Assembly (NCBI GenBank): GCA_040901985.1
Contig: JBBDYC010000006.1
Span: 29,572 to 93,571, forward strand
Length of the DNA: 64,000 bases
DNA from: Gemmatimonadaceae bacterium
GTDB taxonomy: Bacteria > Gemmatimonadota > Gemmatimonadetes > Gemmatimonadales > Gemmatimonadaceae
Direction of reading: 5' to 3'
Shown here in pieces: positions 59,032 through 64,000 of this stretch. The first letter of the stretch is position 1. Each line of letters opens with the position of its first letter. The notes under the pieces were generated by a model, which worked only from the letters and a program-made list of their open reading frames with translations, was not told where the DNA came from and made no database searches. The position numbers were made by a program, and so were the translations under genes.

Positions 59032-60599
59032 GCCGCCCCCGTCGCGGCGGCGGCGCCGGCGACCGCGGCGCCGCGCAGGCCGAGCGTCTCGTAGCGCATT
59101 CCGGCAAAGGCCGGCTCCTGCCTCGCCATCGCGTCAAACACGGCGCCGGGCAGGAAGTACTCCGACGCGATGCCAAGGGTGGCGTTGAGGTCGGCGAGCG
59201 CAAACCAGCTCGGGCGCGCCAACCCCGGCGCCGCCTTCGCCTGCAGGAAGCGCTGCACGCGCCCGCGCAGGTTCGTGAAGGTGCCCTCCTCCTCGGCGAC
59301 ATTGGCAATCGGGAGCACCACGGCCGGCGTCGGGATCCCGATCGGAAGCGCGGTCCCGATGACGATGACGGCGCTCGCCTTCCGCACCGCGCTCACGTCG
59401 AGTCCGCGCAACTCCTCGTCGGCGAGGACCAGGACGTCGCCGTCGCGCAGCCCATCGAGGACGCCGTCGTCGCGGCGCCGGAAACCCAGCAGCTCGGCGC
59501 CGTTCACGTTCGGCGCCCGGTCGGCACGGAGCGCAAGGTCAGGCACGCCGGGCAGTGGCGCCTCGGGACCGGTCCCGCAGCGGAAGACGCCTTCGCCCTT
59601 CGTCAGTCCGATCAGCTGCTTGAGGAGAAAGAGCGCCTCGTTGGACAGGCCGGGGCTCGCCACCACGTAGGCGCGCCTGCCGGTGAGGACCGTCTTGGCC
59701 TCGCCGTAGGCAAGTTCCCAGTCCACCGGCGAGAGGACGTCGTGCAGGCGGATCTTCGGGACCTGCATCCGATCGGCCCGGTTCATCCAGCGATAGTCGA
59801 GCCGACCGTGATCGCAGAGATAGAACTGGTTCACCGCGTCGTTGGAGCGCGGCTTCATCCGCACCACCACGTTGTCGCGCGTCTCGAGGATGCTGTTGCA
59901 CCCCTGCGTGCAGCCGGTGCAGACGGAGGCGGTGCGGTCGAGCTCCCACGCGCGCGCCTTGTTCAGGAAGTCCTTCGAGACCAAGGCGCCGACCGGACAG
60001 AGGTCAATGACGTTCGCCGCCCACGGCTGCGTGAGGTCGGCGTCAGACGCCCGGCCGATCACCGCGCGGTCGCCGCGCTCGGACACGTTGAGCACCGGCG
60101 CGTCGTGGATGTCCTCCATGAAGCGGACGCAACGCGTGCACAGGATGCAGCGGTTGGGGACGTAGAGGACGTCGCCGCCGAAGTCCTCGACCGGATTGAA
60201 GCGCTTCGGCTCGCGATACCGCGAGTCGGCACGCCCCTCCTGGAACGTGTAGTCCTGCAGCTCGCACTCGCCGGCCTGGTCGCAGATCGGGCAGTCGAGC
60301 GGATGATTGATCAGGAGGAACTCCAGCACGCCCTTCCGGGCCTCGAGTGCCTGCTCCGAATGGACGTGCACTACCTGCCCCTCGGCCACCGTCGTCGCGC
60401 AGCTGGCGGCCAGCTTCGGCATCTTCTCGACCTCGACGAGGCACATCCGGCACACGCCCGCCACCGGCAGGCCGGGGTGGTAGCAGTAGTGCGGCACCAG
60501 CACGCCGGCGGTCTTGGCCGCCTCGAGGATGCTCGTGCCCTCGGGCACGCGCACCGCGCGCCCCTCGATCGTCAGACTGACCATCCTGGGCTCGGCCAT
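59028..60599 (-). CDS. nuoG: NADH-quinone oxidoreductase subunit G (short form)
   Basis: CYH..GVCRMC, NHPLDCPICDQAGEC, CILCTRC, DLCPVGAL and CTGCTQGC. Confidence 0.93.
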   Translation of the reverse strand: MAEPRMVSLTIEGRAVRVPEGTSILEAAKTAGVLVPHYCYHPGLPVAGVCRMCLVEVEKMPKLAASCATTVAEGQVVHVHSEQALEARKGVLEFLLINHPLDCPICDQAGECELQDYTFQEGRADSRYREPKRFNPVEDFGGDVLYVPNRCILCTRCVRFMEDIHDAPVLNVSERGDRAVIGRASDADLTQPWAANVIDLCPVGALVSKDFLNKARAWELDRTASVCTGCTQGCNSILETRDNVVVRMKPRSNDAVNQFYLCDHGRLDYRWMNRADRMQVPKIRLHDVLSPVDWELAYGEAKTVLTGRRAYVVASPGLSNEALFLLKQLIGLTKGEGVFRCGTGPEAPLPGVPDLALRADRAPNVNGAELLGFRRRDDGVLDGLRDGDVLVLADEELRGLDVSAVRKASAVIVIGTALPIGIPTPAVVLPIANVAEEEGTFTNLRGRVQRFLQAKAAPGLARPSWFALADLNATLGIASEYFLPGAVFDAMARQEPAFAGMRYETLGLRGAAVAGAAAATGAA

Positions 60600-60602
60600 C
60601 GC

Positions 60603-61916
60603 CTAGGGCGCCCCCACGGCGACGGTGGACGAACGCCTGCCCTTGATCAGCGCCTCGAACTCGCCGCGGAACTTGGTGATGCCGCTGGTGACAGGCGCCC
60701 CGCACGAATCGCTGAGCACGCAGATCGTCTTGCCGGTCATCTGCTCGGAGAGGTCGAAGATCGTGTCGAGGTCCTCGTAGGTGCCCTGCCCGGCAACGAT
60801 TCGCTCGAGAATCTTGGTCATCCACGCCGTGCCCTCGCGGCACTGCGTGCACTGGGCGCAGCTCTCGTGCGCATAAAAGCGCGCCAGCCGCGCCAACTGC
60901 CGCGGCATGGACTGCGCGTCGTCGAAGATGATGACCCCGCCCGAGCCGAGCATCGTCCCCTGCTCGACGAATCCCTCGTAGTCCATCTTGGCCGCCTCGG
61001 CCTCCTCCAGCGTGATCACCGGCACCGACGAGCCGCCGGGGATGATCGCCTTGAATTTCCGGCCGGGCGGTGGGCCGCCGCAGACGTCGTGCAGGAACTC
61101 CTTGAACGGGAATCCCATCACGACCTCATAGTTGCCGGGCTTGGCGACGTTGCCGCAGACCGAGAAGAGCTTGGTCCCGGTGCTCTTCGGGTTGCCGAGG
61201 CACATCGCCTTGTACCACTCGGCGCCGTTGGCCACGATGTGCGGCACTGCGGCCAGCGTCTCGACGTTGTTGATCGTCGTCGGCTGGCCGAAGAGCCCGC
61301 TCACCGCCGGGAAGGGCGGCTTGATGCGCGGGTTGCCGCGCTTCCCTTCCAGCGAGTTCATCAGCGCGGTCTCCTCACCGCAGATGTAGGCACCGGCGCC
61401 CTTGTGGATCCAGACGTTGATCGTGCGCCCGGACCCCATCGCGTTCCGGCCGACGATCCCCGCCGCGCGGGCCTCCTCGAGCGCCCGTTCCATCACCCGG
61501 ATCGGCTCGGTGAACTCGCCCCTGATATAGATGTAGGCCGTCTCGGCACCGATGGCGTGCGCGGCGATCGCGCACCCCTCGATCAGGGCGTGCGGCGTCC
61601 AGCGCATGATCTCGCGGTCCTTGAACGTTCCCGGCTCCGACTCGTCGGCGTTGCAGCAGAGGTAGTGCGGCTTGCCGTCGCCGAGCTTCATGAACGAGAA
61701 CTTGAGCCCGGTCGGGAATCCGGCACCGCCACGCCCCCGGAGCCCGGAATCCTTGACGATCTGTTGGATCGCCAAGGGGTCCATCGCGAGAGCCTGCGGC
61801 AGCGCCGTGTAGCCGCCGCGCGCCTTCCAGCCGTCGAGCGTACGTGCCTCGGCGTCGCCGAAGTGCTTGGACAGCACCGGGGTCTCGCGCGGGTGCGACT
61901 TGTGGGGGAAGCCCAT
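60603..61916 (-). CDS. nuoF: NADH-quinone oxidoreductase subunit F
   Basis: GLRGRGGAGFPTG, NADESEPGTFKDR, GAGAYICGEET and ESCAQCTQCREG. Confidence 0.97.
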   Translation of the reverse strand: MGFPHKSHPRETPVLSKHFGDAEARTLDGWKARGGYTALPQALAMDPLAIQQIVKDSGLRGRGGAGFPTGLKFSFMKLGDGKPHYLCCNADESEPGTFKDREIMRWTPHALIEGCAIAAHAIGAETAYIYIRGEFTEPIRVMERALEEARAAGIVGRNAMGSGRTINVWIHKGAGAYICGEETALMNSLEGKRGNPRIKPPFPAVSGLFGQPTTINNVETLAAVPHIVANGAEWYKAMCLGNPKSTGTKLFSVCGNVAKPGNYEVVMGFPFKEFLHDVCGGPPPGRKFKAIIPGGSSVPVITLEEAEAAKMDYEGFVEQGTMLGSGGVIIFDDAQSMPRQLARLARFYAHESCAQCTQCREGTAWMTKILERIVAGQGTYEDLDTIFDLSEQMTGKTICVLSDSCGAPVTSGITKFRGEFEALIKGRRSSTVAVGAP

Positions 61917-61956
61917 TAGGACTGCCGGTGGAAAGTGTGAGGTGGGCGGTGTGAGG

Positions 61957-62499
61957 TCACGTCAGCCCCTCGAGGATCTCCGGCACCTTTTCGGGCGTGA
62001 CGTTCTCCACGCAGTCCTCGTTGATCTGCACCGGCGTGGCAAAACCGCAGGCGCCGAGGCACTCGACCTCGATGACCGTGTACTTGCCGTCGGGCGACGT
62101 GAGGCCCAGCTCCTTGCACCCCGTGTGCTCGAGGAACGCCTTCACCACGTCGCCAGCACCCGCGCAGAGGCAGGGGCTCGTCGTGCAGATCTGGATGAAG
62201 TGCCTTCCCACCGGGTGCTGGTGGTACATCGTGTAGAAGGTCACCACGCCCTTCACGTAGGCGGCGGTGCAGCCCAGCTGGTCGCCCACCTCGATCATCG
62301 CCTCCTCGCTGATCCAGCCGCGGTCGTTCTGCACCATCCAGAGCGCCGGGAGCAGCGCGGCGCGCCGGTCCGGATAGCGGGTGATGAGGTCGGCGAGTTC
62401 CCTGCTCCGCGCCGACCCCGGCGTGAAGACGGGATCGTACGGCGGATGGGCGTGCGCCTGCCCGGTGCCGATCGCGGGGGTCGAGGGTCCGTGGCTCAC
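61957..62499 (-). CDS. nuoE: NADH-quinone oxidoreductase subunit E
   Basis: VVTFYTMY, CTTSPC and ECLGAC. Confidence 0.95.
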   Translation of the reverse strand: MSHGPSTPAIGTGQAHAHPPYDPVFTPGSARSRELADLITRYPDRRAALLPALWMVQNDRGWISEEAMIEVGDQLGCTAAYVKGVVTFYTMYHQHPVGRHFIQICTTSPCLCAGAGDVVKAFLEHTGCKELGLTSPDGKYTVIEVECLGACGFATPVQINEDCVENVTPEKVPEILEGLT

Positions 62500-63800
62500 C
62501 GGTCAATCTCCCCCATCACGATGTCAATCGAGGCGTTGATCGCGATCACGTCGGAGAGGAGGTGGCCCTCCACCATCTTCGGGATCGCCGAGAGGTTCAG
62601 ATAACTCGGCGGCCGGATGCGCCAGCGCACCGGCTTGGCCGTGCCGTCGGAGACGAAGTAGTAGCCTTTCTCCCCCTTCGGGCTCTCGACCGGCACGTAG
62701 ACCTCGCCAATCGGCGGGCGCGGACCCTCCATCACGAGCTTGAAGTGGTGGATCATCGACTCCATCTCGCTGGTCGCCTTGGTCTTCGACGGGAGGATCA
62801 CCCGCGGGTCATCCACATTCACCGGCCCGTCGGGGAGGCGCTGCAGCGCCTGCTCGAGGATCCGCACCGACTGGCGCAACTCCTCCTGGCGGACGAGGAA
62901 GCGGTCATAGACGTCGCCGTTGGTGCCGACCGGCACGTCGAAGTCGTAGGTCTCGTAGTCGAGGTACGGAAAATCCTTGCGCACGTCGTAGGCGACGCCG
63001 GAGGCGCGGAGCATCGGGCCGGAGAGACCGTAGTTGAGCGCCTCCTCGGGGCTCATCACGCCGAGGCCGACCGTGCGGCCGACCCAGATTGCGTTCTTGT
63101 TGAGCATCCGCTCGACCTGGTCGAGCGTCTTCGGGAACGTCTCGAGGAAGTGCCGGAGCTGGTCGGTCCATCCGTCAGGGACGTCGGCAATCATCCCGCC
63201 GACCCGAGTCCCGCTCGTCGTGAGCCGCGCGCCCGTCCACCGCTCGAGCAGTTGGTAGACGTTCTCCCGCTCCTGGAAGCTCCAGAGAAACGGCGTAAAA
63301 GCGCCGATGTCAATGCAGGTCGTGCCGAGCCAGACGAGGTGCGAGATGATCCGCGAGAGCTCCATCGCGATCACCCGGAGGACGGTACACCGCGGCGTGC
63401 TCTCGACGCCGAAGAGCCGCTCGGCGCCGAGCACGAACGCGACGTTGTTCCCCATCGAATTCAGATAGTCCTCGCGGTCGGTCCACGGGATGATCTGGTT
63501 GTACTGCCGGTATTCGCCGATCTTCTCGAACCCGCAGTGCAGGTAGCCGATGTGGGGGATGCACCGCACGACCGTCTCACCGTCGAGTTCGAGCACGAGC
63601 CGCAGGACGCCGTGGGTCGCCGGATGCTGCGGCCCGATGTTGATGAGCATATGCTCGCCTTCGAACTCGGGCTCCAGCGGGGCGTGCGGCTGGACGAGTC
63701 CCTCGGCGCCGAGCGGGACACGGATCGGCCGTCCATCGGCGCCGAGGCCGGTGGTGGAGAGCGCGACCTCGAGGGTCCGCTTGTCGGTCAGCGTGGCCAT
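62496..63800 (-). CDS. nuoD: NADH-quinone oxidoreductase subunit D
   Basis: NIGPQHPATHGVLRL, ESPKGE and DIVMGEIDR. Confidence 0.97.
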   Translation of the reverse strand: MATLTDKRTLEVALSTTGLGADGRPIRVPLGAEGLVQPHAPLEPEFEGEHMLINIGPQHPATHGVLRLVLELDGETVVRCIPHIGYLHCGFEKIGEYRQYNQIIPWTDREDYLNSMGNNVAFVLGAERLFGVESTPRCTVLRVIAMELSRIISHLVWLGTTCIDIGAFTPFLWSFQERENVYQLLERWTGARLTTSGTRVGGMIADVPDGWTDQLRHFLETFPKTLDQVERMLNKNAIWVGRTVGLGVMSPEEALNYGLSGPMLRASGVAYDVRKDFPYLDYETYDFDVPVGTNGDVYDRFLVRQEELRQSVRILEQALQRLPDGPVNVDDPRVILPSKTKATSEMESMIHHFKLVMEGPRPPIGEVYVPVESPKGEKGYYFVSDGTAKPVRWRIRPPSYLNLSAIPKMVEGHLLSDVIAINASIDIVMGEIDR

Positions 63801-63806
63801 CGGCGG

Positions 63807-64000
63807 CTACTCTCCCGTCCGCTCGCCGCCGGCCAACCGCTTGCGCATGTCGAGCGGAAGGTCCTCGAACGCGTCGGAGATCGAGAGTTCTTCCTTCGAG
63901 TAGCGCGCCTCGGGGTTGGCGGCGAGCGCCTGTTTCAGCTGCTCGGAGCGCGAGAACCGCCCGCGCATTGGAAAGTCCTTGCGCAGCGGGAAGCCCTCCT
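63807..64000 (-). CDS. nuoC: NADH-quinone oxidoreductase subunit C (3' end only)
   Basis: Manual translation gives EGFPLRKDFPMRGRFSRSEQLKQALAANPEARYSKEELSISDAFEDLPLDMRKRLAGGERTGE*; contains the PLRKDFP motif and lies upstream of nuoD. Confidence 0.88.
   Translation of the reverse strand, partial: EGFPLRKDFPMRGRFSRSEQLKQALAANPEARYSKEELSISDAFEDLPLDMRKRLAGGERTGE

Overview
GC-rich (roughly 70% by eye) core chromosome segment of a diderm bacterium. Gene content and order suggest Gemmatimonadota, which is an inference. The left part is mostly + strand: thrC end, larC, DUF512 radical SAM, der, plsY, gpsA, MerR, surE, pcm, an inverted RND efflux pair, tRNA-Arg(CCU) and a TPR gene. A dif-like 28-mer lies at 13286-13313, and every gene I can call after it is on the - strand, so the window probably contains the replication terminus. 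The ~50 kb - strand run, in transcription order, is nuoC(part)DEFGHIJKLMN, PMM/PGM, UPF0182, Tat amidase, sucCD, ndk, yceD-rpmF-plsX-fabHDG-acpP-fabF, mqnEAC, ispF, dedA, xerD, trpG/pabA, kdsB-pyrG-kdsACD-lptC-lptA-like-lptB-rpoN, a six-gene glycosylation cassette and dapF. I found no CRISPR array, transposase or prophage. The best leads are (1) a GT2/GT4/YfhO-GT-C/GNAT/deacetylase/polyprenol-P-GT cassette downstream of the Kdo/Lpt genes, (2) a non-canonical Lpt set with an extra N-terminal domain on LptB, a lipoprotein-like LptC and a long LptA, and (3) the dif/terminus signal. Novelty of any of these cannot be established without database searches.
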